A stretch of 64,000 nt of DNA from the human T2T-CHM13v2.0 reference genome, Homo sapiens, in assembly GCF_009914755.1 (NCBI RefSeq), contig NC_060930.1. One strand, written 5' to 3'. The translations under genes and the position numbers were made by a program. Positions 29,966-42,840 of this stretch are shown here, piece after piece. How positions within the stretch are numbered: position 1 is the first letter of the stretch; every line of letters starts with the position of its first letter. The notes below the pieces were generated by a model. The model was not told the DNA's origin, did not search any database, and saw only the letters and a list, made by a program, of their open reading frames with translations.

Positions 29966-31599
29966 ATTATATATAGTTCATTCATAAATGTATAAAGAAA
30001 AATTATAACTACTATAACATGAGTTTTGATATTATTATCAAAATCTATACCCTTTTGATTAGAGATAAAAGTGACCTAACAGATGAAAAGATGGTGTCTT
30101 TACAGTTACATAATGGTACATTTTTCTTTATTACAATTTTGAGATGAATCCATTAGAATGGCACTTTTACCTAGAATTACTTCTGTTTGAGGGAAGAGGG
30201 ACACCTTTGGAAAAATTATACAGATTTTTACTCTCTTTCTAGAAATAACATTATAGATTTCAAACTAACTTAACATTAATGTTAAGAATAACCTATACCT
30301 ATTGTTTTTCAAATTTCTTCTTCTTGTGTTAAAGAAAACTTAGATTCAGTAAAGAAACCACGACTTTTAGTACGATAAGTAGTTCTTTAAAAATGCTATG
30401 AATTAAATGAAAGAGATTGGAAACCTGGCTTCATGTGTTTTTCAATATAAACAAGTATTTGACGTTTTCTGAAAAAATAAGCTTAGAGTTTATAGAACCC
30501 CAAATGTGTGGAACATTTAGTCCAACATGCATCTGATTTCACCTTTCCCATACTACATCCAACATAATCAAGATTTTCTAAACTACCAAGTAACAATTTT
30601 GAGAGTAAATTTATAAAGAGGAATATGTTTTTAAGTTCAGGACCAAGCACTTGTAAACACAGAGATAAATCGTTTTTTACTTTATGACATAGCCAAAGTT
30701 ATGGCAAAACACTAACCTTTAAAAGTTTGTTAAATAAATGTATTCAGGATTTTTTTTCTTCTTTTTATGGCCCTCTGGTGACTCTTTTTGCCCTTTTACT
30801 CCATTTTAAGTGCTCATAATACTCTGCCTTTCGAATGGGACTCTAACTTGCACATGGTTGAGATTTGCTTCATATCAATTCAGTTGAATAACTATAAAAG
30901 TACCAGACCTTTCTTAATCACATTGTTTTCTTTCATAGGTTTATGTTGGGTTATTCAAATGAGATACTGAATCAGCTTGGAGTCATGAGCACATTCACAT
31001 TAATATACTTCAAATTTTGTGAATTTCCTCTGACTCACTTTTCTCTTGTCTTCATTCTACTCTTCCCCCCACTGCGTGTATTTTTTCTTTTCAATTCCCT
31101 TATAACTTGTCTTTCTTCATTAATTTATCTTGATGTTTAACTTTAGATTTAATGTTAAATTATCCTTTTTGGTGAGTCTGTAAGATAGATTTGAAATATG
31201 ACATAAAACATTCCAAAAAAAGAGATGAGCTCATTAATGTTCATTCAAGAACATGCTAGACATATAATCAGGCAACAGCTTATTTTTGATTTAATGAGAA
31301 AAACAACTTGGCGCTTGATTTTAAGTAAAATAAAATTTGCAAGATGACATCCCCATAAATGCTGTACTAGTTGGCTGAGGAAAATATAGCATGTGTTAAA
31401 ACATTTCTCTTTTTAAATTTCAATTGACAAAATGTTTTTGCAATTAGAAAGAAGTAAATGCACTCTATTCTTCCCTCATTAATTTGTCTAAATTTTATAT
31501 AATTATTGAAACTAAGAATGGCCACTTCAAGTGAAATCATAAGGTCTAAAGGATCATTGCGATGAGGCAATATTCTTACATTTCTGGGAAAGGGGAAAG

Positions 31600-31810
31600 A
31601 GAGCTAATATTTTTGAGCACGTACTATAAGCCATCCCTGAGCTAGACACTTTCTAATACTGTAATAATATTTTTTTTACAATACCATTGTAATTGGTAGT
31701 CCATATTTCATATAGATATCAAGTAACTTGCCTAAACCCTAGAAGTAACAAACGGCCAAGGGAAGATTTAAGTTTCAGTCTCCCTAGTTCCAAAACCAGA
31801 CATTTTCCCA
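31600..31810 (-). mobile_element. MIR
   Basis: 'aagtaacttgcctaa' core and 'agctaatattttgagcac'. Confidence 0.55.
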
Positions 31811-33609
31811 TGAAAAAAGTTATCTTCTATATTTGGTAAACAATAAAGTCTTTTATTAGTATGTGCTTGATGACTTACACAATGATTTGTTAGAACAAGT
31901 AATGGCAAAAATTTAGATGAATTCTATTAAAAAATGAATGACAGATTATTATAATGCAGATATGGCAATATTCTTGAAAGTTAATTCTATAATGTTCAGA
32001 AATTAAGGTAAAATTTATAATGGTATTGAAAAAAACTGTCGGAAATGCTAGTAAATTGCAGTGGAAAAATCAGTTTATATGTAATAGCATTTATCAACAA
32101 ACATATTCTTTTCTAAACTGAATGAAATTATTTCCCTTAGTACAGAAAACTGATATATCTCATGCCTAAGTAGCATTTGCTAAATGAAGAATTTAAGCAA
32201 GATAATTAAGCAAAGGGTACGATTCTGCAGTTGCTACTGATGCTAGCTCATTTACACAAAAGAATTCTCAAGCCAGAGCCAATTCCAAGTGATGGGTCAG
32301 CTGGGTATTGGACAGGTTTTTCTGTTCTTGAGTTAATTTATATAATATAATTGATGTCTTAGTCAGAAGCCAAGATTATTTCCAAGATAGAACAAAGAAT
32401 CTTGGTCTCTTGCAAACTAATTTTAAAACAGGACTGTAACTTTCTCAGTGGTCTAAGGATTGGTCCTTAGTTTCTATGCTAGCCTTGTAACTACCTTTAC
32501 ATATAAACCTAAACACATCTTCCCTGTATCTCAGTGTCTTCATCTCTAAAGTGAGCATATTTCTCTAAGGAATATCTTTTTAATCTTTAAAACTGCTGAA
32601 CTAGAATTTCTGAGGGGATAATTTGAGATAAGTGCTTGATGATAAAAAAATAAGGGAATTAGGAGAGAAAGGGAGAAGAGGAATAAGAAGAGGGATAGGA
32701 AGAGGGAGGGAGAGAGCTAATGCATGAGTTTCAGGAGAGAGTTATATCTATGGAAATAGAGATTTCTCTATCAAAACAAGGATTTACACATTGCACTGAA
32801 ATGTCATCTTTCTATGAATTTAGAATATTTTGCTATTTTTAGCAGCTACCATCAGAATAGAAAACAATTGGATAAGATGGCTTAAAATGTATGAAAAACA
32901 TGTAGCAGAGCAAGAGGTAGGTAATGCAGAGATCAATTTTAGATATAATATGTATGATTAATTAATACTCTGTCACTCTTCAACTAAATTTCACAGACAA
33001 GTGTAGGAGGACCCTCATTCTTCTTATTCTTGGTCAGAATCAGGCTGAACCTTGACAGAGAGAGCTACCTAAAGTCAGTTTCAATGAGATGAGTGCAACC
33101 TGGGCCTTGAAGGGTACTCTAAAAGAACAATGGCATGAAGTGTTTGAGGCATCAGAACCAGAAATTACTTGAACCTAATTTTCAGGTGTCCAAGAGGCCA
33201 ATGTATTATAACATGAGGATTACAAGAAATGGAAAAAGTGAAATGTACTGCATAATTTTGGATGGACTTCAAGCATGTGATGGATGAATGGAGAAGGGCA
33301 GCCAAGGAGCTGTTAAGTGATGACTGGAGCCAGGGCCAGAGTCTTAGAAGGCCACAAGTGAAAACATTAGCAGATTTTGGAAAGATTAAACAAATTACAA
33401 TGAAAGGATAACTCTGTTGGTAAGATTTCACTGGTAAATAATGATAAACTGGATACTCAGTTTCCAAATGTCTCAATGAAGAATGAAGAGAATACAGTAT
33501 CTGGATACTTTTTATTGTTATTATTAATTTGTTTTTAGTGTTGTAATTTTGTAATTCAGAGACCTGATGAGTTATATTCTAAGGATCATTTTTCTTGGCT
33601 CTCCTTTGT

Positions 33610-34100
33610 CTACTAAGTTAAAATGAACTTCTTAGCATGCAAATATCAGCATCAATATCCATGATCTGGCTGACTCTGACCTCCCTTTCTGATGCTCTGC
33701 CTAACTACCACCTCATCCATTCTCCATCGTCTTCTGCAACACTTACCTAGTCGCTGTTCACTGGAAAAGTCCTGGCTTTTGCCCACCTCTCTGCCCTTCC
33801 TTGCTCAAAGAATTTCCTTCATTTTCCATATCTTCCTGTTTCTTTCTGTCTAAATCCTACTCACAGTGTGAAATCTCTTACATGAACTTTTCCTTGATTC
33901 TTTCAAAAGAAATTGTTTTACCCCCTTTGATAGATTACAAGAGTTTGCCTTCTGATTACAGCATTTCTCATTATAGAAATGATCCAAGCATATTTCCTAC
34001 TAGCTGACTTGTTCAGCTGTCAGTTTCTCCCAATGGGCTGTTCTTTACTTAAGGCATGAGTTGTCTTGTTTATCTCCATCCTCAAATGCGTAACGTGCAT
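33610..34100 (+). mobile_element. L2 fragment
   Basis: 'ccatgatctggc', 'ttgcccacctctctgcc'; pyrimidine-rich. Confidence 0.45.
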
Positions 34101-34860
34101 GTCTAAGTTTTACTTTAATTGATGTGGAAGACTTTTGGTTTAGGAGATGACAGTTTAAATTGGATGATCAAGAAGCAATGGTTACTATTATGGCTTTGAT
34201 TTGCCATGCTGTAATCTCAGCATGTGGCAAAATATTGAGCATTCATAGTGATATCAATGTTTCCAAAGCCTTAGAAGACAGAATGAGGCATATGTATGTG
34301 TGTAATTTTAAAATTTTATCTTAGCCGTTTTCTTTTTTTTTTTTTTTTGGCTATAAAAATGCTTGTTTAAAGCATGAAATGAGCTGAACAATACAGATTG
34401 ACAGAGTATTATTTCTGTGCCCACATCCACCCTGACTTTGTGAATTTGGATAAGCTATTAATATTTTTGTGATTCAGTTTCCTCAACTATCTAATAAAAG
34501 TGGTGTTGCCAAGTTGATTTCCAAGTTACAGCTCAGCTTTGTAACTTCATGATTGGATTATGTTCTATACTAATGTAAGTAACAACTTAAGATTTATTTT
34601 CATCACTGTGGTTTGTATATCAGATGTGCATTCATGTCTAACAGGCATTTCTGATTAGAAGATTTTGGTGAGGGAGAGTAATGACCTGGATACTTGGAGG
34701 CTGACAACCAGTTCTCTCCAACCCTCCATGGTCATTGACAGAACAGGAGTGATTCAGCAGCCCTGAAGACACTGATCAAAAGAAACCTTGAGAGTGCTGA
34801 AATGGGTGAGGAAAAATACTCTTGGCTGGAATTGAGGGAAGTCGAATTGCTCCATGTCTT

Positions 34861-35158
34861 TTATATACATATTATTATAATTTAAGTTCTAGGGTACATG
34901 TGCACAACGTGCAGTTTTGTTACATATGTATACATGTGCCATGTTGGTGTGCTGCACCCACTAACTTGTCATTTAACATTAGGTATATCTCCTAATGCTA
35001 TCCCTCCCCCATTTCCCCACCCGACAACAGGCCCAGGTGTGTGATGTTCCCCTTCCTGTGTCCAAGTGTTCTCATTGTTCAATTCCCACCTATGAGTGAG
35101 AACATACGGTGTTTGGCTTTTTGTCCTTGCGATAGCTTACTGAGAATGATGGTTTCCA
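34861..35158 (-). mobile_element. Short L1PA4-like 3' end (about 300 bp)
   Basis: L1PA 3'UTR in reverse. 10-bp TSD TCCATGTCTT at 34851-34860 and 35155-35164. Confidence 0.93.
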
Positions 35159-36750
35159 TGTCTTATTCAGCTCAGGCTGCTATAACAAGGTGCTGGCAGA
35201 TTTGACTCCTAGGGAAGGCTTTCCTCTTGACTTGGGTTCCTTCTTGCTGTGTCCTCACAAGGTGGAGAGAGAGAGAGAAGGAGAGGGAGAAAAAAGAAAA
35301 AAGAGGGAGAGTATGCTCTGGTCTTTCTCTTCTTTTTTTTTTTTATTATATTTAAGTTCTAGGGTACATGTGCACGACGTGCAGGTTTGTTACATAGGTA
35401 AACATGTGCCATGTTGGTTTGCTGCACCCATCAACTCGTCATTTACATTAGATATTTCTCCTAATGTCATCTCTCCCCCAGTCACCCACTCCCTGACCAG
35501 CCCCAGTGTGTGATGTTCCCCACACTGTGTCCATGTGTTCTCATTGTTCAACTCGTACTCATAAGTGAGAACATGCAGTGTTTGGTTTTCTGTCCTTGTG
35601 ATAGTTTGCTGAGAATGATGGCTTCCACCTTCATCCATGTCCCTGCAAAGGACGTGAACTCATCCTTTTTTATGGCTGCATAGTATTCCATGGTGTATAT
35701 GTGCCACATTTTCTTAATCCAGTCTATCATTGATGGACATTTGGGTTGGTTTCAAGTCTTTGCTCTTGTGAACAGTGCTGCAATAAACATACATGTGCAT
35801 GTGTCTTTACAGTAGAATGATTTATAATCCTTTGGATAGATACCCAGTAATGGGATTGCTGGGTCAAATGGTATTTCTGGTTCTAGATCCTTGAGGAATC
35901 ACCACACTGTCTTCCACAATAGTTGAACTAATTTACACTCCTACTAACAGTGTAAAAGTGTTCCCATTTCTCCAATCCTCTCTAGCATGTGTTGTTTCCT
36001 GACTTTTTAATGATCGCCATTCTAACTGGTGTGAGATGATATCTCATTGTGGTTTTGATTTGCATTTCTCTGATGACCAGTGATGTTGAGCATTTTTGCA
36101 TATGTCTGTTGGCTGCATAAATGTCTTCTTTTGAGAAGTGTCTGTTCATATCCTTTGCCCACTTTTGGATGGGGTTGTTTGTTTTTTTCTTGTACATTTG
36201 TTTAAGTTCTTTGTAGATTCTGGATATTAGCCCTTTGTCAGGTGGGTAGATTGCAAAAATTTTCTCCCATTCTGTTGGTTGCCTGTTCACTCTGATGATA
36301 GTTTCTTTTGCTGTGCAGAAGCTCTTTAGTTCAACTAGATCCCATTTGTCAATTTCGGGTTTTGTTGCCATTGCTTTTGGTGTTTTAGACATGAAGTCCT
36401 TGCCCATGCCTATGTCCTGAATGGCATTGCCTAGGTTTTCCTCTAGGGTTTTTATGGTGTTAGGTCTTACATTTAAGTCTTTAATCCATATTGAATTAAT
36501 TTTTGTATATGGTGCAAGGAAGGGATGCAGTTTCAGCTTTCTACATATGGCTAGCCAGTTTTTCCAGCACCGTTTATTAAATGGTCTTTCTCTTCTTAAA
36601 AGGCCATTAATCCCATCTTGGGGGGCCCACCCTCAAGACCTCATCTAAACCTAATAACTTCTCAAAGTCCCATCTTCAAATATCACCACAATGAGTGTTA
36701 GAGCTTCAACATGTGAATTTTGAGGAGACATATACATTCAGTTCACGACA
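35159..36750 (-). mobile_element. MLT1A-like MaLR solo LTR (35159-35334 and 36582-36750) split by an L1PA
   Basis: 'tgtctt...caggctgctataacaa', 'cttcttgctgtgtcctcac', 'cttcaacatgtgaatttt...cattcagt'. Confidence 0.8.
35335..36581 (-). mobile_element. L1PA6-like, 5'-truncated
   Basis: ORF2 C-terminal ORFs on minus. Perfect 16-bp TSD TGGTCTTTCTCTTCTT at 35319-35334 and 36582-36597. TT/AAGA endonuclease site. Confidence 0.95.
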
Positions 36751-37022
36751 TTTTATAATTACTTACTTTGGATGAGTGTGATAGTCCCAGGGCTAGGGGA
36801 CTGTAATTAAGATAAATGAAAATCAGGCCAGTAAAGAAGTTTTATGTGAGGCCAAGAGCCCAGGGTAGAGGGCTGTGTCTTTCACACAGACTGCAGTAGT
36901 GATGGCTGTAGCAGGTAGATTCTCTAACAGGGCCAGCCCTTGATCATATTGGGATTGGTTGCCTGAGGACAGTGACCAGCTAATCAACAAGCCAAACTGC
37001 AGTTCTGAGACTTCTCATTTAC

Positions 37023-37098
37023 CTTTTCCCATTTTGAGCCAGAAAGAGACAAGAAAGAGGCTCAACTCTCCAAAATGGTTGCAGCATCAGCTTGCCTC
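37023..37098 (-). other. Candidate exon (76 nt)
   Basis: Minus-strand acceptor 'tttgattttcctcttgctgtag' and donor 'AAG|gtaaat'. No transcript evidence available. Confidence 0.3.
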
Positions 37099-37490
37099 CT
37101 ACAGCAAGAGGAAAATCAAATTGTTTTTAATCAATATTTTAATCACCTTACTTGATTTTTCCCTGACACATCTTTTCTGGTAGCATTTAGAGACAATTAA
37201 TAATAAAATGGTCGTAGAGATTATTTCAAGGATGCCTCTAGCTCTAATTCCCTGTATCTTTAAGTACAAATTTAATTTAAGAGGAGTGAAAAGTGCATAG
37301 GTGAACTTCTGTTAGCATAATAAATATACTAAGGCTGTGAAATTTTGTCTTTAAAATTTTGGCAGTCTAATGAAGGTGAATTAAAGTAAGACTATATGCA
37401 AGACAGGAACTTTGTATACACTACACTCTGATAGCTGATAATATTTACTTTTATATTTAGAAAAATATACTTATGTGGAATATGACTTTT

Positions 37491-37807
37491 TATTTTTATT
37501 TATTTATTTTATTTATTTATTTATTTATTTATTTATTTTTGAGACACAGTCTTACTCTGTTGCCCAGGCTAGAGTGCAGTGGCATGTAGCATCTATCTCC
37601 CAAGTTCAAGTGATTCTCCTGCCTCAGCCTCCCCAGTAGCTAGGATTACAGGCTTGTGCCACCATGCCCGGCTAATTTTTGTGTTTTTAGTAGAGATGGG
37701 GTTTCACCATGTTGGCCAGGCTAGTCTCAAACTCCTGACCTCAAGTGATCCGCCTACCTCAGCCTCCCAAAGTGCTGGGATTACAGGTGTGAACCACTGT
37801 GGTGGCC
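37491..37807 (-). mobile_element. AluS SINE with (TTTA)n tail
   Basis: TSD TGACTTTT at 37483-37490 and 37808-37815. Confidence 0.92.
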
Positions 37808-39221
37808 TGACTTTTAAAAGCCTTTTATTTTTTTTTAAAAAAGAGAAATCTCCGATTTATGTCTTGGGAACATAAAAGACTTCACTTTGGAGGACAAAAT
37901 CTTGAATAATATGCTTTGTCTATGGTGTGTATGCTTCTTAACAACAACAGAAAAACAGATTTCTAGGAGATTAAAGACTTAATCCCCATAATAATACAGT
38001 GTCCTTGTATTTTTATTCTTGATCCCATGTTTGACTTGATTTGTGATTTACCATTTGTTAAAGACTTTAGATGTCCTGCCTGGACACCCAGAAGTTATTT
38101 CTGTTTTCTAGAGTCAGCATATGAAATGTCATTTAAAGCCCACATTTTGCTTTTTAAATATTACCCAGTGGTTTTAGTTATACAAAGATCAAATTTCAGC
38201 CCAACTCCTTGGACTTTCAGGCATGGAAACCTAGCAAACTCTGTTTCTGTTTCTTTCTCCTGAAACAGTTGTCTCTGCAGACAGAGGTTTGGCATCTGTC
38301 TACCCCCTCACATATAATATATTACTATGGAGTTCCTGGAAACCTGAAATGGCTCCTTGATGGAAAACATGAGACAGATGGGAACCTCTGAATGTCTGCA
38401 TCTGGATGTTTAATATTTCTGTATTCATAAAGTTAAAATTTAGAAGTGAAAACTTGAAGTCAGATATTTTAGAAAGAACACAATGTACTTAAGTGGCTAG
38501 TGAATTCATTTTGAAATTTCAGCTAATATAGAAACCTGTTCTATGGTGTATTTTAAAACATGTTTCTGAACGATCAGGTTTTTTTTTCTGATCCTCCAAA
38601 GTCTCTTCTAGATATGACAGTCCTGTATTTTTGCCACATTAGGTCAAAACCCAATTTATTATTGCTATCTCAGCTCTCTAGTGGCAAAATACTAGATATA
38701 AAACTCTCCAAGTTCAGATCTACTTGTGGTTGAATACCCACTTCAATGTGTAGTATATTCAGTATATTGTATAGCATGGTTTGGTGACCTGAGAGTAAGT
38801 TCTGACAAAGTCAATCACATCTATGATTGAAAATAGTATTAAAAAGTATTTCTAAGGTTATATTCAATTTTTAAAGAATAATACTATTTTGATTTTGTTT
38901 ATTAAGTTTTGCTATTTTAAATTTTATTTATATTCAGAATTCTTTACTTGAGAAAAGAATTCAAAATTCCTATAAATCTTATTTTAGGGAAAAGAAAAAA
39001 ATGCACAGATACATAATTTTATGTTTTTCTGTTTCCTTCCTCTCCAGAAAAATTTTTATTCAAGGGTACTTGAAATATTCAAATATCTATCTTTCTGATT
39101 TATTTTTCATTATTACTTACATTGTTACAATAAGAGTTAGGGTGGCTATTAAAATAACAGGAGGAAAAAAAATCTAGTTTTAATTTTAATTTTTATGAAA
39201 AAGATTTTAAATAATGCATAT

Positions 39222-39355
39222 AACTGTGCATAGTGGTGTGTGTCTGTGGTCCCAACTACTCAAAAAGACTCAGTCAAGAAGACATCTGGAGCCCACAAGT
39301 TCGAGGCCACAATGGGCAATATAGCAAGACTCTCTTTCTTAAAAAAAAAAAAAAA
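39222..39355 (+). mobile_element. Alu monomer (FLAM-like)
   Basis: Single degenerate Alu arm followed by A15. Confidence 0.75.
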
Positions 39356-39944
39356 GTTTACAATGCGATATATATGTATATATATGTTTATAATGTGATA
39401 TATATACGTATATATATATATTCAGAATTCTTTACTTGATAAATGAATTCAAAATTCCTATGAGTCTTATTTTAGAGAAAACAATGCACAGATATATAAA
39501 TTCATGTTTTCCTGCTTTCTTCCTCTCCAGTAAAATTTTTATTTATTTACTATATTTATACATTAAATAAATAACATACTTTTATTTATATTATATGTAT
39601 GCATACTATTTTGCAATAATTTGAACTCTTATTATCTGTATTTCATGCCCTTAGTTTTATTATCTTATTTTTCTGTTGTCGATTATACTACTTTAAGCTT
39701 GTGTGTATAACTGTAAACCATTTTTATTCAAAGTCTGTGTTCTCAAGTTTATTTTTGTATATTCAACTATTTTGTTATTTATTTATTCAGTTATTTTTAT
39801 TTACTCCTTACGTTCCTTATATTTTTGTTCTATATTTTATTATCTAGGTTCTTTCATTTAATAAGTAACTTTTATGGCTATAGATTTGATTCTGAGAAAT
39901 ACTTTGAGCATTATTCTTATTTTATATAAAGTTTTTTAAAAACT

Positions 39945-40237
<293 letters not shown>

Positions 40238-40656
40238 TTCTAAGTATCTTATGATTGCAGCATAGTTTCCTGTTTCCTCCAAAAGCTTTTAGGTAAAATA
40301 TTCTTATTTTAAAAATTTTAATTTCCATATAGTCCTTTATATTGGAATTTACTTTTTACATACTTGTTCTGTGTACTACAGCATTATTTCTATGGATATT
40401 TCTTGTATCTAAATCTTTTTGTTCAATTTTATTGCTATGTTATTTATAAAGCTTAATCACTGTTGTAGGCAAATTTATGTTTTATTTAAAAAATCTCTTC
40501 CTTGCTTATTTCCCCAGAATCCTACATTACTACCTATTCCTTTTAAGATTCCTATTTTATTTTATTGTGTATTTTCTTCGTACATATTTTCACAACCTGT
40601 TTGTGTGTGTGTCTCTGTGTGTGTGTGTGTACCCAAGCTAAGAGTCCTTGTCTTTT

Positions 40657-41922
40657 TTTTTCCTTCTTAAAAAAAAACCCAGGATACATGTGCAGAACGT
40701 GCAGGCTTGTTACATAGGTATACGTGTGCCATGGTAGTTTGCCGCACCTATTGACCTGTCCTCTAAGTTCCCTCCCCTCACCCACCTACCCCTCAACAGG
40801 TCCTGGTGTGTGTTGTTCTCCTGTGTTCTTATTGTTCAACTCCCACTTATGAGTGAGAAGATGTGGTGTTTGGTTTTCTCTTCCTGTGTTAGTTTGCTGA
40901 GAATGATGCTTCCAGCTTCATCCGTGTCCCTGAAAAGGACGTGATCTCATTCCTTTTTATGGCAGCTTAGTATTCCATGGTGTACATGTACCACATTTTC
41001 CTTATTCAGTCCATTATTGATGAGCATTTGGGTCAGTTCTATGTCTTTGCTATTGTAAATAGTACTGCAATAAACATATGTGTGCATATGTCTTTACAGT
41101 AGATTGATTTATATTCCTTTGGGTATATACCCAGTAATGGGATTGCTGGGTCAAGTGGTATTTCTGTTTCTAGGTCCTTGAGGAATCTCCATACTGTCTT
41201 CCACAATGGTTGAGCTAATTTACATTCCCACCAACATTGTAAAAGCGTTCCTATTTCTCCACAGCCTCACCAGCATCTATTGTTTCCTGACTTTTTAATA
41301 ATCATCATTCTGACTGATGTGAAATAGTATCTCATTGTGGTTTTAATTTCCATTTCTCTGATGATCAGTGATGTTGAGCTTTTTTTCATGTGTTTGTTGA
41401 TTGCATAAATGTCTTCTTTTGAGAAGTGTCTGTTCATATCCTTTGCCCACTTTTTGATGGGGTTGTTCTTATCTTGTGAATTTGTTTAAGTTCCTTGTAA
41501 ATTCTGGATATTAGACTTTTGTAAGATGGGTAGATTGCAAAAATTCCTCCTGTTCTATGGGTTGTCTGTTCACTCTGATGATAGTTTTGCTGTGCAGAAG
41601 CTCTTTAGATTAATTAGATCCCATTTGTCAATTTTGTCTTTTGCTGCAATTGCTTTTGGTGTTTTAGTCATGAAGTCTTTGTCCATGCTTATGTCCTGAA
41701 TGGTATTGCCTAGGTTTTCTTCTAGGGTTTTTATGGTTTGGGGTTTGACATTTAAGTTTTTAATCCATCTTGAGTTAATTTTCGTATAAGGTGTAAGGAA
41801 GTGGTCCAGTTTCGGTTTTCTGCATATAGCTAGCCAGTTTTCCCAGTACCATTTACTGAATAGGCAATCCTTTCCCCATTGCTATTTCTGTCAGGTTTGG
41901 CAAAGGTCAGATGGTTGTAGGG
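40657..41922 (-). mobile_element. L1PA8-like, 5'-truncated
   Basis: Diagnostic 'tcctctaagttccctccc' and T-run terminus. Flanking direct repeat of at least 26 bp. Confidence 0.92.
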
Positions 41923-41981
41923 GTGTGTGTGTGCATGTCTGTATGTGGACCCAAGCTAAGAGTCCTTGTCTTTTGGTAAGG

Positions 41982-42274
41982 TTTTTTTTTTTTTTTTTTT
42001 TGAGATGGGCTATCGGCAGGCTGGAGTGCATTGGCACCATCTCAGCTCACTGCAACCTCTGCTTCCTGGGTTCAAGCCATTCTCCTGCCTCAGCCTCCCA
42101 AGGTAGATGGGATTACAGGCGCCCGCCACCACACCCAGCTTGTTTTTGTATTTTTAGAAGAGACAATATTCCACCATGTTGACAGGCTGGTCTAGAACTC
42201 CTGACCCCAAGTGATCTGCCTGCCTCGGCTACCCCAAGTGCTGGGATTACAGGTGAAGGCCATTGCACCTGGCC
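41982..42274 (-). mobile_element. AluS SINE
   Basis: Reverse dimeric Alu with a poly(T) tail. Confidence 0.92.
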
Positions 42275-42764
42275 ATGGTAGGAGATTAAAATCATTTGTA
42301 TATATTGCAGTGACAGATTTAGCAATTTTTACTTATGTCAACTCATTCACTATTTTTGTACTTTCATTTTTTTCTCTGTACTTTGTATTTTTTGTCTCAA
42401 GTTTTTTCTTTCTCTTTTAAAATTTTACAATAGTAATGCAGGATAAATTAATGTTTTCTTTACATTCTTTGTTAACCACACAGTTTTGAAAAATGTGTTG
42501 AACTAATCTTTTACTTATTATCTAATTCTTATTTCACTTATTATCTGAGGATATTATCTTCCTTGTATTGATCACCTGTGTTTCCTGTTCTTGTTAGTAT
42601 AGTCTTACGTTTAAAATAGTTTTTAATAAAATTATTAAGTGTTGCAACTTATGCATTTCTTTACAAATTTTTTAACATTTATATAATTTTGACATTATAG
42701 ACACAGCAACTATTTAGTTTTAATTCCATATTTAAGTGATTTTAATGGTCAATACAATTTTTAA

Positions 42765-42840
42765 AAAGTTTTATTTTTAATTGACATATAGTTGTACATA
42801 TTTATGGAGGTACAAAGGGATGTTTTGACACATATAGAGA
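42765..42840 (-). mobile_element. Tiny L1MA 3'-terminal fragment
   Basis: 'aattgacatatagttgtacatatttatgg..gtaca..gatgttttgacacat'. Degenerate flanking repeat ttttaa(a)t(g/t)gtcaataca. Confidence 0.65.

Noticed and set aside
34742-34805. 64-nt plus exon-like segment (NRSDSAALKTLIKRNLESAEM, GG|gtgagg)
   Set aside because: Weak pyrimidine tract and unrecognised peptide.
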